Source: an uncultured Bacteroidales bacterium
Lineage (GTDB): Bacteria; Bacteroidota; Bacteroidia; Bacteroidales; UBA12077
Length of the DNA: 64,000 bases
NCBI GenBank assembly: GCA_964585385.1
Contig: CAZPDP010000004.1
Span: forward strand, 27,574-91,573
Direction: 5' to 3'
The notes under the pieces: model-generated
The model's database searches: none
The model's input: only the letters and a program-made list of their open reading frames with translations
What the model was told of the DNA's origin: nothing
Made by a program: the position numbers and the translations under genes
Shown: positions 12,129 to 21,726 of the stretch, in pieces
Layout: every line of letters starts with the position of its first letter
Position numbering within the stretch: position 1 is the first letter of the stretch

Positions 12129-12150
12129 ATTAGTCTCTATTTTGATAAGA

Positions 12151-13473
12151 TTACTTTTCGTTGATGTATAATTCTTCAGCCCATTGCATCCGGTCTTCCT
12201 GTGAATATTGCCAGGGTGCCCCGTTGTTTTCAATGTTATTAAAGATAGCATTCAGTTCACCTGGTGAAGCTGCTTCTTCCATTACCAGGTATCGCCTCAT
12301 TTCTACTATTAGCGTGGGCTGGCTGATATTTATCGGGCATTCTTGTGCGCATGCGTTGCATAATGTGCAAGCCCAGAGTTCTTCTTCAGTAATATAATCT
12401 CTTAACAGGGCTTTTCCATCGTCAAATTCTTTACCGTTTTTTAGCATCTCAGGTCCTTTTTCAGCCATCCTGGAGCGCACATCCATTACAATTTTTCTTG
12501 GAGACAATTTTTTTCCTGTAATATTTGCCGGGCATACAGATGTACATCTTCCGCATTGGGTACAGGAGAGAGAGTCAAAATAATTTTTCCAGTGAACATC
12601 TCCTATATCTTTGACACCAAACCGCTGAACTTCTCCTTCTTCTTCCGGGGCTTCCTCAAAAGAAGCATTTGGATCCATCATCATCTTTACTTCTTTTTTC
12701 ACATTCTCCATTGTATCAAGCTTACCCAAAGGTTCCAGACGAGAAAGGAAAACATTGGGTACAGACATAAATACATGGAAATGCTTTGAATAAGGCAGGT
12801 AGTTAGCAAAGAAGAAAATCAGAAGGATATGTACCCACCAGTTGATTTCATGCCAGACAAATAATTGGTTTGTAGACATGCTGGCAAATAAACCGGCAAG
12901 ATATTCACTTACAGGGAAAGCACCGTGCACTTCATGCCCCGTAGCATAAGCATGCTGAACATAAAATGTATTCATCCCCATCAGCGAAATCATGAGAATT
13001 AAAATGAGGGAAAGAGCTATACTGGCATCCAGATGTGACCAGTGACTCATCTCAACACCTTTAAACCGCTTTATATGAAGGAAAAAACGTCTTGCCAGGA
13101 ATACAATAATTGCTATAGCAATAATGAATGCAAATACATCACCAGCGCCAATAATAACATCATATACAACTCCCAGCCCTTTAAAAGCTCTCTCCGTTCC
13201 TGCAACTCCATCGACTACCATTTCTATACTACCGATAAGGATAATACAGAAACCCCAAAATGTTAATGCATGAAGGAAACCTATTATTGGAAAGCGAAAA
13301 ATTTTAGTTTGACCAATGGCCACGTCCATCATAATTTTAAAACGCTTACCCAGATTCTTAACAGGAAAACCGGTTTTGGTAAGTTTAAATAAAGCAATTA
13401 AGCGGTAGGTAGTATAGCTGAAAATGCCCAAAGTAATCAACAGGGCAATTATAAAGATGGTTTGTTTTAACAT
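12151..13473 (-). CDS. integral-membrane 2x[4Fe-4S] oxidoreductase subunit (DsrM/HdrE-like membrane domain fused to a ferredoxin domain)
   Basis: 440 aa. Five N-terminal hydrophobic helices carrying several His (FLHALTFWG, WVHILLIFF, SKHFHVF), then two ferredoxin-type cluster motifs, CTQCGRCTSVCP and CTLCNACAQECP. Confidence 0.8.
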   Translation of the reverse strand: MLKQTIFIIALLITLGIFSYTTYRLIALFKLTKTGFPVKNLGKRFKIMMDVAIGQTKIFRFPIIGFLHALTFWGFCIILIGSIEMVVDGVAGTERAFKGLGVVYDVIIGAGDVFAFIIAIAIIVFLARRFFLHIKRFKGVEMSHWSHLDASIALSLILILMISLMGMNTFYVQHAYATGHEVHGAFPVSEYLAGLFASMSTNQLFVWHEINWWVHILLIFFFANYLPYSKHFHVFMSVPNVFLSRLEPLGKLDTMENVKKEVKMMMDPNASFEEAPEEEGEVQRFGVKDIGDVHWKNYFDSLSCTQCGRCTSVCPANITGKKLSPRKIVMDVRSRMAEKGPEMLKNGKEFDDGKALLRDYITEEELWACTLCNACAQECPINISQPTLIVEMRRYLVMEEAASPGELNAIFNNIENNGAPWQYSQEDRMQWAEELYINEK

Positions 13474-13487
13474 GGTTTCAGAGATTT

Positions 13488-13514
13488 AAAAAGGCAACAG
13501 CCCAGACTGTTGCC
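13488..13514 (-). terminator. hairpin plus U5 tract between etfA and the Fe-S oxidoreductase gene (terminator or attenuator)
   Basis: Perfect 8-bp stem GGCAACAG / CTGTTGCC (13493-13500 / 13507-13514) with a 6-nt loop. The A5 run at 13488-13492 gives UUUUU on the minus strand. It fills most of the 54-nt etfA/Fe-S gene gap. Confidence 0.55.
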
Positions 13515-13527
13515 CTAAAGTTTTATA

Positions 13528-14496
13528 CTAAGATTTTGCATCTGCAATGGCCTCGGTAAGTTTTGGTAATACATCAAAAGCATCACCAACTATACCATAA
13601 TCGGCCACCTCAAATACAGGAGCATCTTTATCGTTATTGATTGCTACTATACATTTTGAACCGCTAACACCTGCAATATGCTGAATGGCACCGGAAATAC
13701 CAATTGCAAAATATAGATTAGGAGCAATAATTTTACCTGTCTGGCCAGTATGTTCTTCATGAGGTCTCCATCCTTCATCAGAAACAGGTCGTGAACATGC
13801 AGTAGCAGCACCAAGAACTTCTGCCATGTCTTCAATTAATTTCCAGTTTTCAGAGCTTTTCATTCCGCGACCACCCGAAACTACAATTTCAGCATCTGTA
13901 AGCAGCAGCTGATCTCGATGCTTCTCTACATCCTTAACTTTCGTTTTAATAAGATCATCGCTGATTTCTGGTTTAAACTCCTCTATATTAGGCTCCTTAT
14001 TGTTTTCAACAAATTCAAAAGAATTCTGAGCCAGGGTGAGAATTTTCTTATCTGATTTGATAAGGGTTTTGGCAAAAGCCTTTCCGGAAAAAGCCTTCTT
14101 TGTGATTGTGAAGGGATCAAGGTTAGAGGGAAGTTCTTTTACCTCTGAACCTAAACCTGCTTTTAATCGGGCTGATAACCTGGGAGCTAAAGCTTTACCT
14201 GTATTGTTATGAGCCATTACAATTACTGTTGCGTCTTCCTTATCAGCCAACTTGGCTAATACATCGGTGTATGCCTGATTATCCAGGTAATTCAGCTTTT
14301 CATGATTAACGGATACAATCTTGTCTGCACCATAAACGGAAAGACTTTTCAGTTCTTCTTCATCCACCTCTCCAATAGAAACTGCTGTAGTTTCTGTATT
14401 TAACATTTCTGCAATCTTACTTGCGTAGGAAACCAATTCAAAAGAATATTTTTTGAATTTTCCATCCCAGTTTTCGTTATATACTAATACTGCCAT
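13528..14496 (-). CDS. etfA: electron transfer flavoprotein alpha subunit
   Basis: 322 aa. C-terminal FAD-binding region VVSGGRGM...PNLYFAIGISGAIQHIAGVSGSK is typical of EtfA. Confidence 0.9.
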   Translation of the reverse strand: MAVLVYNENWDGKFKKYSFELVSYASKIAEMLNTETTAVSIGEVDEEELKSLSVYGADKIVSVNHEKLNYLDNQAYTDVLAKLADKEDATVIVMAHNNTGKALAPRLSARLKAGLGSEVKELPSNLDPFTITKKAFSGKAFAKTLIKSDKKILTLAQNSFEFVENNKEPNIEEFKPEISDDLIKTKVKDVEKHRDQLLLTDAEIVVSGGRGMKSSENWKLIEDMAEVLGAATACSRPVSDEGWRPHEEHTGQTGKIIAPNLYFAIGISGAIQHIAGVSGSKCIVAINNDKDAPVFEVADYGIVGDAFDVLPKLTEAIADAKS

Positions 14497-14547
14497 ATAT
14501 TTAGTTTTACTGAATTCGAATTAGTGATAGTTTAAGTAACTCTATAA

Positions 14548-15297
14548 TTAAATAACTTTAGCCTCGTTCTTCAAAAGATCAACAAGTTCCTCCACGTTAT
14601 CGGGATCAATCATCTTACATGCTGGCTTAGGCTCCGGTAACTCATATTTCTCAATTTCGGTCAGCGGCTCAGCATCAACTGGCTCAACTACATTCAGAGG
14701 TTTCTTTCTGGCCATCATAATTCCGCGCATTGCGGCAATTCTTGGTTCAATAGCAATACCTTTCTGCACAACTGCAACCATTGGCAATTCAGAAGTTACT
14801 TCTTCTTTTCCTCCGTCTATATCACGAGTGATTTTCACCATATCATTTTCAATCTCAAAGGATGAAACAGCCGAAACTGATGGGATGCCCATCATTTCAG
14901 AAAGCATTCCTCCTACCGCAGAACCGTTATAATCACTGGATTCAATACCTGCAAATATGATATCAAAGTTCTCTTCTTTAATGGCTTCGGCTATCTGAGT
15001 TGCAACATAAAAAGCATCTTTGGGCTCTGCATTAACCCGTATAGCTTCATCCGCACCTATTGCCAAAGCCTTTCTTATGGTAGGTTCAGCGGTCTTTGTG
15101 CCCACATTGATAACTGTCACACTATCAACAGAGTTTCCAGAGTCTTCTTTTAGTTGCAAGGCTCTTGTCAATGCGAGTTCGTCCCAGGGATTTATAATCC
15201 ACTGTACACCTGTTGTATCAAATTCAGTGTTGTCATTGGCAAATTTAATCTTTGTGGTAGTATCAGGGACGTTACTTAAGCAAACTAGAATTTTCAT
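14548..15297 (-). CDS. etfB: electron transfer flavoprotein beta subunit
   Basis: 249 aa. MKILVCLSNVPDTTTKIKF...INPWDELALTRALQLKE and DIIFAGIESSDYNGSAVG are typical of EtfB. Confidence 0.9.
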   Translation of the reverse strand: MKILVCLSNVPDTTTKIKFANDNTEFDTTGVQWIINPWDELALTRALQLKEDSGNSVDSVTVINVGTKTAEPTIRKALAIGADEAIRVNAEPKDAFYVATQIAEAIKEENFDIIFAGIESSDYNGSAVGGMLSEMMGIPSVSAVSSFEIENDMVKITRDIDGGKEEVTSELPMVAVVQKGIAIEPRIAAMRGIMMARKKPLNVVEPVDAEPLTEIEKYELPEPKPACKMIDPDNVEELVDLLKNEAKVI

Positions 15298-15374
15298 TGA
15301 CTATTCATTTAAGTTAACAAATTGTTTTTGGCTTATTTTTTCAGCTGTTAAACAACAAACTGATTTTAAGCTAG

Positions 15375-15382
15375 CAAATATA
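15375..15382 (-). promoter_or_regulatory. candidate -7 promoter box (TATATTTG on the minus strand) for etfB
   Basis: Exact TAnnTTTG match on the minus strand, 78 nt upstream of the etfB ATG (15297), in the divergent etfB/cstA gap. Confidence 0.35.
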
Positions 15383-15439
15383 TAAATAAGTATAAAAAAT
15401 TAAAATTTTTAATATAATTCAAAATAAATCTAGATTCTA

Positions 15440-15447
15440 TAAATTTG
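15440..15447 (+). promoter_or_regulatory. candidate -7 promoter box (TAAATTTG) for cstA
   Basis: Exact TAnnTTTG match, 45 nt upstream of the ATG at 15492. Confidence 0.4.
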
Positions 15448-15491
15448 CGGCAATCAGAGATAATAATAATATACACAGAAATTCCATCGCA

Positions 15492-16949
15492 ATGATAACT
15501 TTTCTTATCTCTATCGGTTTACTTGTTCTGGGTTATTTTGTATATGGAAAGTTTATTCAGAAATTCTTCGGTTCAGACAACAGCATTAAAACATCTGCTG
15601 TGCGAATCAATGATGGTGTCGACTATATGGTACTCCCGACCTGGAAAATTTTTGTCATTCAGTTTCTCAATATAGCTGGACTTGGTCCGATATTTGGGGC
15701 TATCCTTGGAGCGCTCTACGGCCCCATGGCCTACATATGGATAGTATTTGGGTGCATTTTTATGGGGGCTGTACACGATTATTTCTCAGGCATGCTCTCT
15801 ATTCGAAATGATGGGGCAAGTCTTCCTGAACTAGTTGGAAAATATCTTGGCCCGGGATTTCAGAATTTCCTGAGATTATTCACCGTATTATTGCTTGTTT
15901 TTGTAGGTATTGCTTTTGTTACAGGACCTGCCGGTTTGTTGCAAAATCTTACTGGTGGCAGTAAACTCATATGGCTTTACATAATTTTTGCTTATTACCT
16001 GGTAGCCACCCTGCTACCAATAAATAAAATCATAGGAAAAATATATCCCTTTTTCGGCATAGCCTTGCTGATAATGGCGGTTGGGATAGCTGGAGCAATG
16101 ATTTTTAAAGGACTGAATGGAACTATGATGCTTAATGAATTATCATTAGGTGATTTCAAAAACATGCATAAAAATCCCTCTCAGAATATTTTATATCCCA
16201 TGATGTTCATTGTAATTTCATGCGGAGCCATATCCGGATTCCATTCCACCCAAGCGCCATTAATGGCCAGATGCCTGAAAAAAGAAAGCCATGGCAGGAA
16301 GGCATTTTACGGAGCTATGATAGCCGAAGGAATAGTAGCAATTATTTGGGCGACAGCAGCAATGAATTATTTCGGAAATGTACATAATTTAAGCGAAGCT
16401 ATGACGCCAGCTACTCACAATCCAGCCTGGGTAGTGAACGAAATAAGCAGGACCTGGCTGGGGAAAGTGGGTGGGTTACTAGCCATTCTGGGTGTAATAG
16501 CGTGTCCGATTACAACAGGAGATACCGCCTTCAGAAGTGCACGTTTAACAATCGCAGATATCTTCAGATACAAACAAGGTAAGCTAACCAACAGACTGAT
16601 GGTGAGCATTCCTTTGTTTATTGCAGGTTTTATAATGTCTCAATTGGAATTTGCAACCATATGGAAATACCTTGGACTTTCCAACCAAATTCTCGCCGTA
16701 GTGGTTTTATGGACAGCTGCCATGTATTTGGTGGTTAGAGGAAAAAAACACTTTATAATCTCTATCCCGGCCACTTTCCTCACTGCAGTTTGCATCACAT
16801 ATCTTCTGGTAGCTCCAGTGAAAAACGGGGGGCTTTCAATATCTACAACTTATGGTTATCCCATAGGAATTGCCGGAGCTATTCTTGCTCTTGCATGGTT
16901 TTTAATTGCTGCAAAGAAAATAAGAAACCTGAACCCGGCTTTAAAATAA
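15492..16949 (+). CDS. cstA: carbon starvation protein CstA family transporter (short form)
   Basis: 485 aa, polytopic. N-terminus ISIGLLVLGYFVYGKFI...NDGVDYMV...NIAGLGPIFGAILGA...GAVHDYFSG matches the CstA signature region. Confidence 0.85.
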   Translation: MITFLISIGLLVLGYFVYGKFIQKFFGSDNSIKTSAVRINDGVDYMVLPTWKIFVIQFLNIAGLGPIFGAILGALYGPMAYIWIVFGCIFMGAVHDYFSGMLSIRNDGASLPELVGKYLGPGFQNFLRLFTVLLLVFVGIAFVTGPAGLLQNLTGGSKLIWLYIIFAYYLVATLLPINKIIGKIYPFFGIALLIMAVGIAGAMIFKGLNGTMMLNELSLGDFKNMHKNPSQNILYPMMFIVISCGAISGFHSTQAPLMARCLKKESHGRKAFYGAMIAEGIVAIIWATAAMNYFGNVHNLSEAMTPATHNPAWVVNEISRTWLGKVGGLLAILGVIACPITTGDTAFRSARLTIADIFRYKQGKLTNRLMVSIPLFIAGFIMSQLEFATIWKYLGLSNQILAVVVLWTAAMYLVVRGKKHFIISIPATFLTAVCITYLLVAPVKNGGLSISTTYGYPIGIAGAILALAWFLIAAKKIRNLNPALK

Positions 16950-16954
16950 AAAAA

Positions 16955-16977
16955 GGTCATCCCCGTTAAGGATGACC
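16955..16977. terminator. bidirectional terminator between convergent cstA and the DUF3467 gene (end of the rpoBC unit)
   Basis: 8-bp stem GGTCATCC / GGATGACC with loop CCGTTAA. An A-run lies upstream. It sits between the stops at 16949 and 17001. Confidence 0.6.
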
Positions 16978-17000
16978 TCTCTTATATTTTAGAAGGATCA

Positions 17001-17348
17001 TTAAGCCTGCGCCGTAGGTCCGCCAAAGTTTAGCGGCATACCCGGGGTTCCTCCTCCTTTTGATGAATCTATCTCACCATGCATCTCCTCATACTTCTTA
17101 ATATTATCTTGTAAAGCTTTAAGGAAACGTTTAGCATGTTCCGGGGTTAAAATTACCCTTGATTTAACTTCAGCTTGAGGCATTCCAGGCATCATGCGAA
17201 TATAATCAATGATAAATTCAGAGCTGGAATGGTTAATTACCGCAAGATTTGAATAAATGCCCTGAGCAACCTCCTCGCTCAGGTTAATATTTATCTGATT
17301 CTTGTTCTTTTTATTTGTACTGTCGTTATTATTGTTTTGGTCACTCAT
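17001..17348 (-). CDS. DUF3467-like small protein encoded directly after rpoC
   Basis: 115 aa. N/K-rich N-terminus, then YSNLAVINHSSSEFIIDYIRMMPGMPQAEVKSRVILTPEHAKRFLKALQDNIKKYEEMHG, which from memory fits DUF3467. Starts 14 nt after the rpoC stop. Confidence 0.6.
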   Translation of the reverse strand: MSDQNNNNDSTNKKNKNQININLSEEVAQGIYSNLAVINHSSSEFIIDYIRMMPGMPQAEVKSRVILTPEHAKRFLKALQDNIKKYEEMHGEIDSSKGGGTPGMPLNFGGPTAQA

Positions 17349-17362
17349 AAAGTATATAGGTT

Positions 17363-20300
17363 TTATTCAGAGTCTGCTTTCTCTTTTTCCTTCTTCCCTT
17401 TACTAATCATCTTTTCATAGTCTTCCACCGAACCAACAATAATATCATCATAATCGCGATTTCCAGTTCCGGCAGGAATCTTATGTCCAACAATAACGTT
17501 TTCTTTCAATCCTATCAATGGATCGATTTTACCCCGGATTGCAGCCTCATTCAGTACTCTTGTAGTTTCCTGGAATGATGCTGCTGACAAGAAACTCTTA
17601 GTCTGCAATGCTGCACGGGTGATACCCTGTAATTTCTGGCTTGATGTTGCAGCCACTGCATCTCTGGCCTCAACAGGTTTCAGGTCTTTACGCTTCAATA
17701 CAGAATTCTCATCACGCAATTTTCTTGCGGTTACAATCTGTCCTGAACGTAAGTTGTTGGAATCACCTGAATCTGTAATGACCTTCTTGTCATAAATCCA
17801 GTCGTTCTCTTCCTGGAAGTCGGTCTTGTCAACGATTTGATTTTCGAGGAATTTAGTGTCTCCGGGATCTTCAATTACCACTTTTCTCATCATCTGACGT
17901 ACAATGATTTCAAAGTGCTTGTCATTGATTTTTACACCCTGAAGCCTGTATACTTCCTGAACTTCGTTAACAATATATTCCTGAACTTTAGTAGGTCCTT
18001 TAATTGACAGAATATCTGAAGGAGTAATAGCTCCGTCTGACAGCGGTGTACCTGCTTTTACATAATCATTCTCCTGTACAAGTATTTGTTTGGAGAGTGA
18101 AACGAGGTATTTCTTAACCTCATCAGTTTTTGATTTGATAAGAATTTCACGGTTACCCCGCTTTATCTTTCCAAAGGAAACTTCACCATCAATTTCGGAA
18201 ACAACAGCTGGATTTGAGGGATTTCTGGCCTCAAACAACTCAGTTACTCTTGGCAGACCACCTGTGATGTCACCTGATTTTCCTACTGTTCGGGGAATTT
18301 TAACCAAAATATCTCCGGTTTTCACCTCATCTCCTTCCTGAACGACCACATGAGCACCTACAGGCAAGTTGTATGCTTTAAGTACATCGCCATTTTTGTC
18401 AACTATGTGTGCTTCAGGATTCTTCTTCTTATCTCTTGTCTCTATAATTACTTTTTCTTTGAATCCTGTTTGCTCATCAGATTCTTCCTTATAAGTAACT
18501 CCCGGAAGTACATTTTTGAACTTCACTTTCCCTGCGCTTTCAGAGATTATTACGGCGTTGTAAGGATCCCATTCACACAACAACTGGTCTTTCTTAACCT
18601 CATCTCCACTTTTCACATAGAGTCTTGAGCCATAAGGAATGTTATTGGTTGAAAGTACAATATTGGTATTCTTGTCTATAATGCGTAACTCTGCGAGCCG
18701 CCCAATAACAATATCTACCTTCTTCTTCTTACCTTCTTCGTCTATTTCTTCTTTTTCAACAGTTCTTAATTCATCAATTTCTACATAGCCATCGTACTTA
18801 GAGACAATAGTAGAACTTGCAGCTATATTGGAAGCGGTACCACCTACGTGGAATGTTCTCAATGTAAGCTGCGTTCCTGGTTCACCAATAGATTGCGCTG
18901 CAATTACACCTACCGATTCTCCATTTTCGGCTAACTTACCCGTTGCCAGGTTACGGCCATAACATTTGGAACACACACCTTCTTTTGTCTCACAAGTCAA
19001 CACTGAACGTATTTCAATTTGTTCAAGCGGTGATTCGTCAATCTGCTCAGCAATCTCTTCAGTGATTTCTTCACCTGAAGAAATAATCAACTCCCCTGTA
19101 AATGGGTGATAAATATCGTGTACGGCTATTCGGCCTAAAATTCTTTCATAAAGGGTCTCTATAACCTCTTCATTTTTCTTGATAGGTCCTACTACCAATC
19201 CACGAAGTGTACCACAATCGTTTTCACGCACAATCACGTCCTGAGAAACATCCACAAGACGCCGGGTTAGATAACCGGCATCCGCAGTCTTCAGGGCGGT
19301 ATCGGCAAGACCCTTACGTGCTCCGTGTGTTGAAATAAAGTATTCAAGAACTGACAATCCTTCTTTAAAGTTAGAAAGAATTGGGTTCTCAATAATTTCT
19401 GAGCCAGTAGTACCTGACTTTTGAGGTTTTGCCATCAAGCCTCTCATTCCTGACAACTGACGAATCTGTTCCTTAGAACCTCTCGCACCAGAATCAAGCA
19501 TCATAAAAACAGAGTTAAAACCCTGATTATCTTTACTTAACTTATTCATCAGGATTTGAGTAAGATTTGCATTGGTATGAGTCCAGATATCAATAATCTG
19601 ATTATATCGTTCTTTGTTGGTAATGAAACCCATGTTGTAATTATTCATTACCTCGTCAACCTGTTCATACCCGGCAGGAACAAGCTCATTCTTCTCTTTA
19701 GGAATAATAATATCATCGAGGTTAAACGACAACCCACCCCGAAATGCTGTATTAAATCCAAGTGATTTAATGTCATCAAGGAATTTAGCAATTCTCGGAG
19801 CATCTGTTCGTTTTAGAACTTCACCGATAATATCTCTCAGAGATTTCTTTGTAAGCAGTTTATTAATGAAAGTTATACCTTTTGGTACATATTGGTTGAA
19901 TAAAATTCTACCAACGGTGGTTTCTAGTATTTTCTTTTCTAATTCTCCTTTATCATTATAATCATCTATTCTAACTTTAACAGAAGCATGCAAATCGACA
20001 GCTTTTTGATTGTATGCTATAATAGCTTCTTCCGGGGAATAGAATGTCAGACCTTCTCCTTTTGCACCCTTTCTTTCCTTTGTAATATAATAAAGGCCTA
20101 ACACCATATCCTGAGAAGGAACAGTAATTGGAGCACCATTTGCAGGATTTAAGACGTTGTGAGTAGACAGCATTAAAAGCTGTGCCTCAAGGATGGCTGC
20201 ATTACCTAATGGCAAGTGCACAGCCATCTGGTCACCGTCAAAGTCGGCATTAAAGGGTGTACACACTAACGGATGTAATTGTATTGCCTTACCTTCAATA

Positions 20301-21658
20301 AGTTTCGGCTGAAATGCCTGAATACCCAGTCTGTGCAATGTTGGTGCACGGTTAAGCATGACGGGGTGGCCTTTCATAACATTTTCAAGTATATCCCAGA
20401 CAACAGGATCTTTTCGATCTACGATTTTTTTGGCTGATTTCACTGTTTTAACAATACCTCTTTCAATCAGCTTACGAATGACGAAAGGTTTGTAAAGCTC
20501 TGCAGCCATATCTTTTGGAATACCACATTCGTGCATATTTAATTCAGGTCCGACACTAATTACGGAACGAGCTGAATAATCAACACGTTTACCAAGCAGG
20601 TTCTGACGGAAACGTCCTTGTTTACCTTTCAAGCTGTCGCTTAATGATTTAAGCGCACGATTTGAATCCGTTTTAACTGCATTGGATTTTCTTGAGTTAT
20701 CATAAAGTGAATCAACAGCTTCCTGCAGCATTCTTTTTTCATTTCGAAGAATTACTTCAGGTGCTTTAATCTCAATGAGTCGCTTTAACCTGTTGTTTCT
20801 GATGATAACCCTTCTGTAAAGATCATTTAAGTCTGATGTAGCAAACCTTCCACCATCGAGCGGAACAAGGGGCCTCAATTCCGGTGGAATTACAGGCACA
20901 ACCTTGGTAATCATCCATTCCGGACGGTTCCTTTCTTTAGAAGCTCTGAATGCTTCTACTACCTGTAACCTCTTTAAGGCTTCTTTTTTCCTTTGTTGAG
21001 AGGTTTCGTGATCAGCTTTATATCTGAGCGTATAGGAAAGTTCATCTAAATCAATTCTTGATAGCAACTTGTAGAGTGCTTCGGCTCCCATATCAGCTAT
21101 AAACTTATTGGGATCCGAATCATCAAGTTGCTGGTTATCCTTTGGTAAAGATTCCAGAATATCAAGATATTCTTCCTCGGTAAGGAAATCCAGGTATTTG
21201 ACTCCATCCTGTGCTTTTATACCAGGATTGATAACTACATATCTCTCATAATATATAATTGAATCGAGTTTCTTAGTAGGTAAACCTAATAACAAACCTA
21301 TTTTATTTGGTAATGAACGAAAATACCAAATATGAGCAACGGGCACAACAAGAGCAATGTGGCCCATTCGTTCTCGCCTTACTTTCTTTTCAGTAACTTC
21401 AACCCCACATCTGTCACAGACGATACCTTTGTATCGAATTCTCTTGTATTTACCGCAATGACATTCATAATCCTTTACGGGTCCAAAGATCCTTTCACAA
21501 AACAATCCATCACGTTCCGGTTTGTAGGTTCTGTAATTGATTGTTTCGGGCTTCAGGACTTCTCCGTGAGATTGTTCCAAAATCTCTTCCGGAGAGGACA
21601 GGCCAATGGACACTTGATTAAAGTCGCTTGAAATTTTATTATCCCTTCTGAATGACAT
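17363..21658 (-). CDS. rpoC: DNA-directed RNA polymerase beta' subunit
   Basis: 1431 aa. Zinc-finger [23 protein letters not shown], catalytic [14 protein letters not shown], and trigger-loop/bridge regions. Confidence 0.98.
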   Translation of the reverse strand: MSFRRDNKISSDFNQVSIGLSSPEEILEQSHGEVLKPETINYRTYKPERDGLFCERIFGPVKDYECHCGKYKRIRYKGIVCDRCGVEVTEKKVRRERMGHIALVVPVAHIWYFRSLPNKIGLLLGLPTKKLDSIIYYERYVVINPGIKAQDGVKYLDFLTEEEYLDILESLPKDNQQLDDSDPNKFIADMGAEALYKLLSRIDLDELSYTLRYKADHETSQQRKKEALKRLQVVEAFRASKERNRPEWMITKVVPVIPPELRPLVPLDGGRFATSDLNDLYRRVIIRNNRLKRLIEIKAPEVILRNEKRMLQEAVDSLYDNSRKSNAVKTDSNRALKSLSDSLKGKQGRFRQNLLGKRVDYSARSVISVGPELNMHECGIPKDMAAELYKPFVIRKLIERGIVKTVKSAKKIVDRKDPVVWDILENVMKGHPVMLNRAPTLHRLGIQAFQPKLIEGKAIQLHPLVCTPFNADFDGDQMAVHLPLGNAAILEAQLLMLSTHNVLNPANGAPITVPSQDMVLGLYYITKERKGAKGEGLTFYSPEEAIIAYNQKAVDLHASVKVRIDDYNDKGELEKKILETTVGRILFNQYVPKGITFINKLLTKKSLRDIIGEVLKRTDAPRIAKFLDDIKSLGFNTAFRGGLSFNLDDIIIPKEKNELVPAGYEQVDEVMNNYNMGFITNKERYNQIIDIWTHTNANLTQILMNKLSKDNQGFNSVFMMLDSGARGSKEQIRQLSGMRGLMAKPQKSGTTGSEIIENPILSNFKEGLSVLEYFISTHGARKGLADTALKTADAGYLTRRLVDVSQDVIVRENDCGTLRGLVVGPIKKNEEVIETLYERILGRIAVHDIYHPFTGELIISSGEEITEEIAEQIDESPLEQIEIRSVLTCETKEGVCSKCYGRNLATGKLAENGESVGVIAAQSIGEPGTQLTLRTFHVGGTASNIAASSTIVSKYDGYVEIDELRTVEKEEIDEEGKKKKVDIVIGRLAELRIIDKNTNIVLSTNNIPYGSRLYVKSGDEVKKDQLLCEWDPYNAVIISESAGKVKFKNVLPGVTYKEESDEQTGFKEKVIIETRDKKKNPEAHIVDKNGDVLKAYNLPVGAHVVVQEGDEVKTGDILVKIPRTVGKSGDITGGLPRVTELFEARNPSNPAVVSEIDGEVSFGKIKRGNREILIKSKTDEVKKYLVSLSKQILVQENDYVKAGTPLSDGAITPSDILSIKGPTKVQEYIVNEVQEVYRLQGVKINDKHFEIIVRQMMRKVVIEDPGDTKFLENQIVDKTDFQEENDWIYDKKVITDSGDSNNLRSGQIVTARKLRDENSVLKRKDLKPVEARDAVAATSSQKLQGITRAALQTKSFLSAASFQETTRVLNEAAIRGKIDPLIGLKENVIVGHKIPAGTGNRDYDDIIVGSVEDYEKMISKGKKEKEKADSE

Positions 21659-21726
21659 AGATCAAATATTAAATTTTATACCACCAAATAAATTAACGTG
21701 TAAAAATGGAATCGGATTATTGATCC

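Noticed and set aside
12129-12251. Long (307-aa) form of the CCG-domain protein starting at 12251
   Set aside because: It would overlap the upstream Fe-S gene by 101 nt, with a non-conserved-looking N-terminus (MLSLITLKTTGHPGNIHRK...). The internal ATG at 12128 sits 22 nt after the upstream stop and starts a sensible MAEDKRKVEV N-terminus.
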